A stretch of 62,686 nucleotides of DNA, counting the filler, from Myxococcota bacterium (GTDB lineage Bacteria; Myxococcota_C; UBA6777): the NCBI GenBank assembly GCA_023150835.1. It is 7 parts of 7 records of this genome, joined end to end, with 100 filler letters (N's around TTAATTAATTAA, not from the genome) between each part and the next. Parts side by side here need not be neighbours in the genome. Positions count along the whole stretch, not along the records: positions 15,975 to 27,589 come from JAKLKB010000194.1; positions 27,690 to 35,082 come from JAKLKB010000197.1; 5 more parts are not named here. The stretch is one strand, 5' to 3'. Position 1 is the stretch's first letter; each line of letters begins with the position of its first letter. The position numbers and the translations under genes were made by a program. Under the pieces are notes generated by a model. The model was not told where the DNA came from. It was given only the letters and a program-made list of their open reading frames with translations, and ran no database searches. Shown here piece after piece: positions 18,717 through 27,768 of the stretch.

Positions 18717-20712
18717 TTACCGCTTCGGCGTCGGTGCGATGTTCTCAACCGATGGCTTTGTCTCGTCGACGGGCTGAGGAGAAACAGCGGTGCGTTTCGG
18801 CATCGCCAAGGTCTCGTCCATCACCCACACCATCTCGGGAAACATCGATTCTTGTCCCGAGCCTTTTTTGGGTATCGTGCTGCGCAACGCGTCAAACACC
18901 GACAGCAGCGAGACTTCGAGGGCGTCGGCCTGTGCCACATACACTCGGATCTTTCTTTCTTCGGGAAACACCGCTTTGATCTTCCCCAAACAGCCCGTCA
19001 AACAAGCCTGATCCCAACCGCCATCTCTTCGCCCACACGTCGGAAACGTCTTGGATTCCTCTTTCAAGTCACACCCCACCCCGATGGCTTTTCCCCTTGT
19101 TGTGATCGTCACGCCGTTGGGTTGAACCCGCAGCGTCAACAACAACGGATGTTTCTCTTCGGAACTCCTCTCTGTTTCCGCATCCGTCGAAAGCATCAAG
19201 CCATAAGCACCGATCTCTGGCCATGTCAGCGGCTTCAAGATATCGCTCAAGATCATCGGATACTTCGGGATGTCCGCCATTGAAAACCGATTGTCCCCCC
19301 GTTTCACCAACCAAGACACATAGATACCCCGAAGATGTGGAACTTGTTTCTTCCCACGCACAAAACGTCGGTTGTGATGTCTCTCTAACTCTGCGCGTTC
19401 TTTGGACGGTCGCCCCCTCAAAAGTCCCAAGGCCCCCGAACGATCCTCCCATTCGGGTTGCTTTTTGATCTGCTCAACCACCCAAGGCCGCAACGCCCCA
19501 AGAATGGCCGCCAAAGTCGCACGGCGATCCGTTTGCAAGAGCGCACTCGTTCGTACCGTGCTTTTCGAGCCTTTCGCCTCGAAAACTCGCTTCTGCTTTG
19601 GAGACGGCACGCGAACCATCGTGTACTTTCCATCCGCAGCGATGCGCATCAGATCGGGCTTCAACGACCCCATCTCTGGGGCTTTCGGATCAGAAAGCAT
19701 CCCCAGTCCAGCAGGTACACGCAATGCCGCCGAGACTTCTCCTGCTTGCGTCAAGATCTTGCGCACCCCCTCCTCTGCCCTTTGTGACAAGATCACAAAC
19801 AACGCCACCATCACCGCCCCACACAACGCAAATCCACCTCGACCTTTCAACGCCCCTCCACGCAGCGCCAGCATCCCCATCCCCAACAACAACACCCCTC
19901 CCACGATCACCAACGACACAAGAAAGCTCTGCCCCGCTAAGTTTGCATAGTTCCGACACAACGCCTCTTTTTGATCAACAGTCGCCCGATCCAAGGCTAT
20001 CAAGACTTCGGAGAGATGCATCCACACCATCGCAAAACCCAACAAAATCGGCACGCCCAACGAACACACCCACCCCAAGCGCCCCCACAAACACCAACCA
20101 AAACCCCCAAGGCATCACATACAGCGCAGCCGCTACGCTTCCTCCCACCACAGCATAAGCTCCGCCCAAACTGCCCAACGCGATCAGCCCACCCAACGCC
20201 ATCCCCATACCGTCCAACTGCCCCCCTCGCCAGCCCATCAAACAAGCCCACACACCCGCCACCAAGCACAATCCTCCCCCCAAAAATCCGCCAAACATCG
20301 AGGTGTACATCGATAACGAAACGTATTGGCTTGCCAATCGGTGCTTTTGATCCCACGTCGCCATCTCCAGCGCCTTCGATGTCTCCAAGAACCCCGCCTC
20401 TGTGCCGATCCACCCAAACGCAGACATCGCCGCCACACCACCCACCAAGAACACAAACACACCCATTCGCCCTGATCCACCCGAATGGATCCCCAACAGA
20501 GAAACACTCACCATCGTAGCCACCGACAGCCCATACGCCGCCAAAATCGGGTGCATAAACAACCCACCGTCAGAATAAAACTGCATGAACCGCCCCATGC
20601 TTCCGAACATCGCAACCAACAGCAACGGCACCAACGCTCCCAACACCACCAACAACAACGCTTGCCCGATCTCGGGCTTGTTCCCTTCGGACTTGTTCTG
20701 CCTCGCTTTCAT
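18717..20712 (-). pseudogene. Paralog of 16651-18648 split by a frameshifting deletion near 20075
   Basis: N-terminal half in ORF 19975..20946 (ATG 20712), C-terminal half in ORF 18717..20090; about 35-40 residues of the paralog are missing at the junction. May be an assembly error. Confidence 0.65.
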
Positions 20713-21356
20713 CTTACCCCTCTTTCCTTCTTCAACGTGGCCGCGCCACGCAACTGCCCACAGGGCGACAAACCAAAACAACACCCCACAGAGGATACGT
20801 GATCCGCAGGGTGTACTCGACCTCTGTACGGGCAGACAGATTTGGCTGCCCAAAGACACGACAACATCAAATCGTGAAAGCGTTTCGAGCGTACGCCTCT
20901 TGGATATCGACGCCATGCAGTTCGCAGGTCTTTGTCGCCCATACAATCGTCACGATACTCATCGAGTGTTCCCGAAGCTCTGAACGCCTCAACATCTACG
21001 CGATGCCTCTTTATGATGCTTTCGATCCGCTGCCACACTACACACTCTCCCCCTCCCAAACAAGCCCCCACAACAAGCCCCCAACAAAACACACAACCTC
21101 CCCTTCACTCTCACGAAGATCAAAAGCAGAGAGAGTGTCCTCGCTTGCACCCACACCCCATCGCTTTTTCTCCAAAACGCATCGTTGCTCTCTTCTGCGC
21201 AAGGGTTGAACCTTCGGCTTGCTTGTGGCAAATTGCATCGCTTGTGCGACGCGCAAGCCTCGGATGAGACGTCTTGTCTTTTCGTTAGGTCTCTCCTCTC
21301 TAGCGTGCTCGCCTCCCACACACACCCTCACGGGTCCAAAGGGCAGAGGAAGAAGA

Positions 21357-23702
21357 ATGTTTGTCTCGATCTTTTCACGATGTTGGTCTAAACCTGTTTA
21401 CAGAATGATCGCTTTACTTTCGCTGGGTGGGTGGTTTTCGCTCGGAGCCTGCGGCGGTGGTGAATGTCGGAACGACGGCGATTGCGAAGGCACCAAACTT
21501 TGCCGCGATGGCAAATGCACTTCAAACGCCCTCAAGCCCCTTTGCAAGACCGACACGGATTGCGCTTCGGGAGAAAAATGCGTCAAAGACGGCTGCATCA
21601 AAGCCAACTGCGTCGAAGGCGAAAAACAACCTTGCTATGAAGGCCCCAAAGGCACCACCAACGTGGGCATCTGCAAAGGCGGCCAACGCACCTGTAGCAG
21701 CGGTCAATGGGGCTGGTGCGAAGGCCAAGTCCAACCCGCATCTGAACTCTGCGATGGCATCGACAACAACTGCAACGGCCAAGTCGACGAAGATCCCAAA
21801 TGTAGCGCTTCTTGCAAAGATGGCGACACCCGCCCCTGCTATACAGGCCCCCCCGGAACCCAAGGCATCGGCACTTGCAGCCAAGGCACCGAAACTTGCG
21901 CATCGGGCGCATGGGGCGCTTGCACAGGAGACGTCCGCCCCGCCAACAAAGAAGCCTGCGGCGATAACCTCGACAACAATTGCAACGGCCAAGTCGACGA
22001 AGGTTGCGGATCTTGCACCGATGCCCAGACCCGACCTTGCTACACAGGCCCCGCAAACACCCGCAGCATCGGAACTTGCAAAGACGGCACAGAGACCTGC
22101 ACCGGCGGAAAATGGGGAGCCTGTACAGGCGAAGTCAAACCCGAAACCGACAAGTGCGGCGATAACCTCGACAACGATTGCAACGGCAAGATCGACGATG
22201 CCCAAGGATGCAGCACTTCCTGCAACAACGGCCAGACCCGCCTTTGCTACACCGGCCCCGCAGGCACAAAAGGCGTCGGCGAATGCAAAGAAGGCAATGA
22301 ACCCTGCCAAAATGGCCAATGGTCGGGCGCTTGCATCAACGAAGTCAAACCCCTCGGACAAGAGATCTGCGGAAACACCAAAGACGATAACTGCAACGGC
22401 CAAGCCGACGAAGGTTGCGGTGTTTGCCGTGACGGTGACCAAGATGTCTGCTACACAGGCACCGCTGGGTGTACCAAACAACCCGATGGCTCCTATGCTT
22501 GCGCGGGGATGTGCCGCTCAGGCATCCGCGTTTGTGCAGGCGGTCAATGGGGCGCTTGCAACAACGAAGTCAAACCCGCCGCAAAAGAGATCTGCGGCGA
22601 TAACCTCGACAACGACTGCAACAACCAAATCGACGATGGATGCGGCGTTTGCACCGCTGGGCAAACCCGCCCCTGCTACACAGGCCCCGCAAGCACCCGT
22701 GGCGTCGGCGTCTGCAAAGATGGCACCGAGTCCTGCGTCGGCGGCCAATGGGCCGCCTGCACAGGCGACGTCAAACCCACCCCCGAGACCTGCAACAACG
22801 CTGCCGACGACAACTGCGACGGCAAGGTCGATGAAAACTGCACCAGCACCAAACTTCACCAACCTTGCCAGACCGGAAACGACTGCGACAACGGACAGCT
22901 TTGCATCAACGTCGGCACTCAAGCCGCCCCTGACACTCGCTGCTTCCAAGACTGCACCAACCGAGGCACCATCTGTCAATCCAATGCTGACGGACGCACG
23001 GGATGCGTCGACTTCGCCACCGACGGCCAAGGCAACAGCATCCAGATCTGCGCCAAACAATCCCCCACTGGTGCCGCTTGCAACATCACCCAAAGCTCCC
23101 TCTGCCTCGCAGGAAACCTCTGCACCAACAACGTCTGCAAAGCCGTTGCCACCGCCAACGAAGGCCAAACCTGCGATCCCAATGCCGCCAACCCCATCCT
23201 TTGCTCCACAGGCAATACCTGCGTAGGCTTCGGCACAGGTTACCCAAGCATCTGCCTGAAAACGTGTACCGCCACTTGCTCCCAAAGCGGCTTCCAGTGC
23301 ATCACACTTAGCAACGGCGGAAAAGCCTGTCTCCAACAAGGCTGCACCTCCGATGCCCAATGCGTCTACGCCAACCACGTCTGCGCCACCGACTCCACCA
23401 ATGGCTCCCGCTTCTGTTCTCCTTCTCCCCTCCCCGGCACCGTACCCTACGGCGGAAACTGCACCCCCTCTAACGCTACCTTGCGCTGCCAAGCCGGTCT
23501 CGTCTGTTTGACTTTCCCCAACGACACCACCGGCTTCTGTTCACGCCAATGCAACACCTCTTCTTGCCCCTCTGGCTCACGCTGCGAAACCATCAACTCC
23601 ACCACAGGCGACCGCGCTTGCTTTGTCAACTGCACCACCAACGCCAACTGCCTCTCCACCCAAAACTGCGACTCTCGCATCAACGCTTGTTATCCCAAAT
23701 AA
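21357..23702 (+). CDS. Large Cys-rich lipoprotein with MopE-like putative metal-binding repeats
   Basis: Lipobox LGAC; six RPCYTGP..T.G.G.C..G...C..G.WG.C...E.C...DN.CNG.VDE units. Confidence 0.85.
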   Translation: MFVSIFSRCWSKPVYRMIALLSLGGWFSLGACGGGECRNDGDCEGTKLCRDGKCTSNALKPLCKTDTDCASGEKCVKDGCIKANCVEGEKQPCYEGPKGTTNVGICKGGQRTCSSGQWGWCEGQVQPASELCDGIDNNCNGQVDEDPKCSASCKDGDTRPCYTGPPGTQGIGTCSQGTETCASGAWGACTGDVRPANKEACGDNLDNNCNGQVDEGCGSCTDAQTRPCYTGPANTRSIGTCKDGTETCTGGKWGACTGEVKPETDKCGDNLDNDCNGKIDDAQGCSTSCNNGQTRLCYTGPAGTKGVGECKEGNEPCQNGQWSGACINEVKPLGQEICGNTKDDNCNGQADEGCGVCRDGDQDVCYTGTAGCTKQPDGSYACAGMCRSGIRVCAGGQWGACNNEVKPAAKEICGDNLDNDCNNQIDDGCGVCTAGQTRPCYTGPASTRGVGVCKDGTESCVGGQWAACTGDVKPTPETCNNAADDNCDGKVDENCTSTKLHQPCQTGNDCDNGQLCINVGTQAAPDTRCFQDCTNRGTICQSNADGRTGCVDFATDGQGNSIQICAKQSPTGAACNITQSSLCLAGNLCTNNVCKAVATANEGQTCDPNAANPILCSTGNTCVGFGTGYPSICLKTCTATCSQSGFQCITLSNGGKACLQQGCTSDAQCVYANHVCATDSTNGSRFCSPSPLPGTVPYGGNCTPSNATLRCQAGLVCLTFPNDTTGFCSRQCNTSSCPSGSRCETINSTTGDRACFVNCTTNANCLSTQNCDSRINACYPK

Positions 23703-23815
23703 TACGATATCCGTGTGATGTGTGATCGAACGATCGTGCGTAGATGCCCTACGGTCGGGCAGCCACGCCTGTCTGCCCCTACGTCTTACGATCACACAAT
23801 GGGCGGATTTCGTAT
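23702..23815. mobile_element. MITE family A, full copy beginning on the stop codon
   Basis: ATACGATATCCG...CGGATTTCGTAT termini. Confidence 0.72.
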
Positions 23816-24000
23816 AACCCCCACGCTCTCGCGATGTTGTCCTTCTGAACCCCGCCCCATCGACGTTAGTCTTTACGCCCCCACACTTCACGGTGTTGTG
23901 CTTTGTGGGGCGCTGCCACACCCCCCGCCTCCTTAGCGCGGCTCCCTTGGTCCCGTATCGGCGGGGAAGCCAGCGGCCCATCAGGCGGAAGAGCGGCCCA

Positions 24001-24312
24001 TCAGGCGGGAGAGCGGCCCATCAGGGCTTGGATGCGAGACAGCGGCAAAGAAAGCATCTCCGCGACCTCTTGGGCATCAAAGCCACGCTCCAGAAGGCGC
24101 TGCGCTGCCATCTCCAATCCTTTCTCCAATCCTTTCTCCAATCCTTTCTCCAATCCTTCTTCAAGGCCGATCTCTCGGCCTTCTTCAAGGCCGATCTCTC
24201 GGCCTTCTTTGCGCCCGAGTTCGCGCAAGACTTCCTCGCGGGTGTCTCGGAGGTCTCTGATATCTTCCAGATCTTCGGGCGTAAGTTGCGAAGGGTGCTG
24301 TGTCTGGCTCAT
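24001..24312 (-). CDS. Predicted in-frame internal small protein (RpnS-like, 103 aa)
   Basis: AGGAG-CTTCTTT-ATG inside the gene, directly before the repeat/HTH tail. Confidence 0.55.
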   Translation of the reverse strand: MSQTQHPSQLTPEDLEDIRDLRDTREEVLRELGRKEGREIGLEEGREIGLEEGLEKGLEKGLEKGLEMAAQRLLERGFDAQEVAEMLSLPLSRIQALMGRSPA

Positions 24313-24921
24313 AAAGAAGCTCCTATCGAATGTGTTGAGTAGTGTGGCGTAGGGTTCGATGTGATCCGCAAAGATTTTAATCACGGTGTCTCGGCGTTGT
24401 CTACCCTTTCCAAGCAAGCACAACAACAAGGTCTCTTCGCGCAACGCAAGCTCCGCCGTATTGATAGCGTAGACCGTTTCGCGGCGGAATCCCTGCCACC
24501 GGCGCAAGCCTGTTTCCACCACCTCACCCTTTTCACCAAACACCGCATCCATCGCCGTTTCAGGCCAATAATTAAAGATTAGCCACAACACGCCCTTGGG
24601 ATAGGGCTGGCCGAGCTTGTCTCGATACCAACGCTGCATCGCAAGGCGAAGCTTGGACAGGTTGGCTTCAAGGCGTTCTTCCGTCACGCTTCCGCTAAAT
24701 GCTTCGATAAGGCAGCGCGCATCACCCGTGAGCCGAGCAAGCAAACCCACCCCTCGAATCGCTGGAAGCGGTTGATTCGGAATCAGCAACACATCTGCCC
24801 GAAAATTATCAGGCAACAGATCCGTCCCCACCTCCACAAGCGTATGCTCACCAAAAATCCCCGCCACAAGGTACTTGCTCAGCCGATCCTCAAATTGTTT
24901 AAGCCTAGGTTTTTCCGTCAT
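24001..24921 (-). CDS. Rpn-like PD-(D/E)XK-fold protein, copy 1 (long form)
   Basis: RADVLL...CLIEAF core; ETLLLCLLGKG; C-terminal EEGREIGLEEG(LEKG)n coiled coil plus HTH-like tail; GGAG RBS. Confidence 0.72.
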   Translation of the reverse strand: MTEKPRLKQFEDRLSKYLVAGIFGEHTLVEVGTDLLPDNFRADVLLIPNQPLPAIRGVGLLARLTGDARCLIEAFSGSVTEERLEANLSKLRLAMQRWYRDKLGQPYPKGVLWLIFNYWPETAMDAVFGEKGEVVETGLRRWQGFRRETVYAINTAELALREETLLLCLLGKGRQRRDTVIKIFADHIEPYATLLNTFDRSFFMSQTQHPSQLTPEDLEDIRDLRDTREEVLRELGRKEGREIGLEEGREIGLEEGLEKGLEKGLEKGLEMAAQRLLERGFDAQEVAEMLSLPLSRIQALMGRSPA

Positions 24922-24996
24922 CTCCTCTCCTCCTGCCTCTCCTTGATACAACAAGGAACCTCAATGGTTTCGAGCCACTTCTTCCGCCTGTCCCCC

Positions 24997-25405
24997 TTCA
25001 AAGCATCGGTTCGCTACCGAGCGCCACGATGTAGCCTTCGCTTCGTTACCGAGCGCCATTTTGAAGGCATCGATTCGCTACCGAGCGCCATTTTGAAGGC
25101 ATCGGTTCGCTACCGAGCGCCACGATGTAGCCTTCGCTTCACTACCGAGCGCCATTTTGAAGGCATCGGTTCGCTACCGAGCGCCACGATGTAGCCTTCG
25201 CTTCGCTACCGAGCGCCATTTTGAAGGCATCGGTTCGCTACCGAGCGCCATTTTGAAGGCATCGGTTCGCTACCGAGCGCCATTTTGAAGGCATCGGTTC
25301 GCTACCGAGCGCCACGATGTAGCCTTCGCTTCGCTACCGAGCGCCATTTTGAAGGCATCGGTTCGCTACCGAGCGCCACGATGTAGCCTTCGCTTCGCTA
25401 CCGAG
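24997..25405. repeat. 32-bp tandem array: constant TTCGCTACCGAGCGCCA plus one of two 15-nt inserts
   Basis: 12 full units from 25010 in the order B A A B A B A A A B A B (A=TTTTGAAGGCATCGG, B=CGATGTAGCCTTCGC), with partial units at both ends. Confidence 0.95.
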
Positions 25406-25410
25406 AGGCG

Positions 25411-26202
25411 TCAGCGAGAGGGCGGATTTTCGTTGGGTGGGGTGGGGGAAGGTTGGGTTTGGGAGGTTTCGGGAGCTTTTTCTTGTTGGCGTTCTTGTGC
25501 TGCGCGGCGTTTTCGGATCTGTTCGCGGACTTGGTGGTAGGGAGAAAGAAAGAGGCTTCGGAGAGTCGAGTTGCGTCCGTAGGCTGAGATGACAGCGGCG
25601 AGGTAGCCTTCGAGGGCTTCGGACCACGCATCCATGAGGCCGGGCTGGAGAGAGGCGGTGGTGTAGCCCATCGTGCGGCCATATTCTTCGGCTGCGGTTT
25701 GGAACATCTCGATTACGGGTTGGAGGCCGAGGGTCTGGGTGGCTTGTTGGCAGTGGGCTTCTTTGCTTCGGGCCAACATCAAGCGCATGGTTCCGTATTG
25801 GGTGCTGTAGCTTTTGCGCAAGAACCCTGTTCCGTTGGCAAAAAGCTCGTCGAGAAGCAAGGTTGCAGCGCCCAAAAGCTGCTGTTGTGCGGGGTTGAGG
25901 GCGTAGCGAGGAGAAGAAAGGGCTTGAACGAAGCCTTGCAGAGTATTGTGCAGGCCCGCAAGGATGCGATCGTTCGCCTGATCAACGGCCCAACGCTCGC
26001 TTGCGGATGTGCTCGACAAGACGTGGAGGGATTCTGCCGCAGCTACCAGCGCGGCTTTTTTTTCGAGGACAGAAGCCGAGATGGAAGGTTGGTTTTGTTG
26101 CTTGGCGTCTGCGACGGCTTGATCAACGAGAGCAGCGATCTTGGTGGTGAGGGTGGTGGCTTCGGCAGCATTCAGGTCTGAGAGGACGATCAGTTCGGAC
26201 AT
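25411..26202 (-). CDS. All-alpha hypothetical protein (loosely DUF6261-like)
   Basis: 263-aa Ala/Leu/Gln-rich helical ORF with AAGGA RBS; LF..G..FL...Y..Q motif; no catalytic motif recognised. Confidence 0.75.
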   Translation of the reverse strand: MSELIVLSDLNAAEATTLTTKIAALVDQAVADAKQQNQPSISASVLEKKAALVAAAESLHVLSSTSASERWAVDQANDRILAGLHNTLQGFVQALSSPRYALNPAQQQLLGAATLLLDELFANGTGFLRKSYSTQYGTMRLMLARSKEAHCQQATQTLGLQPVIEMFQTAAEEYGRTMGYTTASLQPGLMDAWSEALEGYLAAVISAYGRNSTLRSLFLSPYHQVREQIRKRRAAQERQQEKAPETSQTQPSPTPPNENPPSR

Positions 26203-26314
26203 ACAGGTGCATCCTTTTGGTTTGATGGGTTGGGGCCATGCACAAAGTCCACCATGCGAGTTGTCTGTCTAGCTGAAGGGACGCCGTGCGTTCTGATGAG
26301 TTTTGGGGATGTGT

Positions 26315-26602
26315 TTACGTCGCGGAGGATTTAGCAAGTTCTTGGATGCGAGACAAGGGGAGGGACAACATCTCTGCGACATCTTGGAGACTGAGACCGT
26401 GTTGGAGAAGGCGTTGCGCAGCCATCTCCAATCCTTTCTCCAATCCTTTCTCCAATCCTTTCTCCAATCCTTCTTCAAGGCCGATCTCTCGGCCTTCTTT
26501 GCGCCCAAGTTCGCGCAAGACTTCCTCGCGGGTGTCTCGGAGGTCTCTGATATCTTCCAGATCTTCAGGCGTAAGTTGCGAAGGGTGCTGTGTCTGGCTC
26601 AT
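26315..26602 (-). CDS. Predicted in-frame internal small protein (RpnS-like, 95 aa)
   Basis: Same AGGAG-CTTCTTT-ATG internal start as copy 1. Confidence 0.55.
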   Translation of the reverse strand: MSQTQHPSQLTPEDLEDIRDLRDTREEVLRELGRKEGREIGLEEGLEKGLEKGLEKGLEMAAQRLLQHGLSLQDVAEMLSLPLSRIQELAKSSAT

Positions 26603-27214
26603 AAAGAAGCTCCTATCGAATGTGTTGAGTAGTGTGGCGTAGGGTTCGATGTGATCCGCAAAGATTTTAATCACGGCCTCTCGGCGTTGTCTACCCTTGC
26701 CAAGCAAGCATAACAACAAGGTTTCTTCGCGCACCGCGATCTCTGCCGTATTGATGGCGTAGACCGTTTCGCGGCGGAATCCCTGCCATCGGCGCAAGCC
26801 TGTTTCCACCACCTCACCTTGTTCGCAAAAAACAGATTCGATGGCGGTTTCCGGCCAATAGTTAAAGATCAGCCAAAGGACACCTTTCGGATAGCGCAAA
26901 CCGAGCCCGTCCCGATAAGCACGTTGGATCGCAAGGCGGAGTTTGGAAAGATTGGCCTCAAGGCGCTCTTCGGTGACGGAACCACTAAACGCTTCGATCA
27001 GACAACGCGCATCCCCCGTCAAACGTGTGAGCAAACCCACACCTTGCATCGTTGTTGGCAGCGGTTGATGGGGGATCAACAATACATCCGCACGAAAATT
27101 ATCTGGAAGCAAATCCGTCCCCACCTCCACAAGGGCATACTCCCCAAAAACGCCCGCCACGAGATACTTGCTCAACCGATCCTCAAACTGCTTCAACCTG
27201 TTTTTTTCGGCCAT
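26315..27214 (-). CDS. Rpn-like PD-(D/E)XK-fold protein, copy 2 (long form)
   Basis: Close paralog of 24001-24921; GAGGGAG RBS before ATG 27214. Confidence 0.72.
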   Translation of the reverse strand: MAEKNRLKQFEDRLSKYLVAGVFGEYALVEVGTDLLPDNFRADVLLIPHQPLPTTMQGVGLLTRLTGDARCLIEAFSGSVTEERLEANLSKLRLAIQRAYRDGLGLRYPKGVLWLIFNYWPETAIESVFCEQGEVVETGLRRWQGFRRETVYAINTAEIAVREETLLLCLLGKGRQRREAVIKIFADHIEPYATLLNTFDRSFFMSQTQHPSQLTPEDLEDIRDLRDTREEVLRELGRKEGREIGLEEGLEKGLEKGLEKGLEMAAQRLLQHGLSLQDVAEMLSLPLSRIQELAKSSAT

Positions 27215-27351
27215 CTTCTCCCTCAAGACTCCATACAAAACGCAAACACCGCAACCTCCGTGCGGTGGTATCCCAAAGCACATCCACCTCCAAGAAAACA
27301 CACATCGAAGAGCCACCGTACATTCTCTCGGTATCGAAAGATTCTTTAAGG

Positions 27352-27411
27352 ATAGGACTTACGCAGTTGGATACGAAAAAGGCCAATGTTCGGGCGCGGG
27401 CGGTTCGCGAA
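27352..27411. repeat. Left half of MITE family C
   Basis: ATAGGACTTACGCA...GATACGAAAAAGGCCAATGTTCGGG matches 4378-4437. Confidence 0.65.
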
Positions 27412-27589
27412 CACTTGGACCAACTCATGCCATTCGTTTGCGATCATCATTCCTACAATATCCGTCAAAAGCGTATCCATAAGCGTCGATGCGGTTTGTT
27501 GTAAACGCCCTGTGATTGGGCAGCCACAGGGGGCTGCCCCTACTTTTTCACGTACTTCACGGACGGAACTCGTAGAAACTGTTTGCTTT

Positions 27590-27689
27590 NNNNNNNNNNN
27601 NNNNNNNNNNNNNNNNNNNNNNNNNNNNNNNNNTTAATTAATTAANNNNNNNNNNNNNNNNNNNNNNNNNNNNNNNNNNNNNNNNNNNN
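27590..27689. other. Artificial contig linker
   Basis: N-TTAATTAATTAA-N. Confidence 0.97.
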
Positions 27690-27768
27690 ATGTAGCCCGA
27701 GCAGATCCATTCGTCCAAAAGCACTTCAACATCCTTCCAAAAGCACCTAAGCAAAGGAACACACAAGC

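Noticed and set aside
21427-23492. Long alternative-frame and antisense ORFs over the Cys-rich gene (and similar shadow ORFs elsewhere)
   Set aside because: Explained by repetitive sequence and biased codon usage; no motifs or RBS.
21357-23702. MopE-like Cys-rich lipoprotein as a novel system
   Set aside because: Such repeat proteins are common in Myxococcota.
24997-25405. CRISPR or TIGR-type guide array
   Set aside because: Only two recurring 15-nt inserts rather than unique spacers; no cas or Nop-domain (Tas) gene recognised.
24001-27214. Composite transposon flanked by IS elements
   Set aside because: No terminal inverted repeats, target duplication or DDE/HUH transposase; Rpn proteins are often labelled putative transposases without evidence of transposition.
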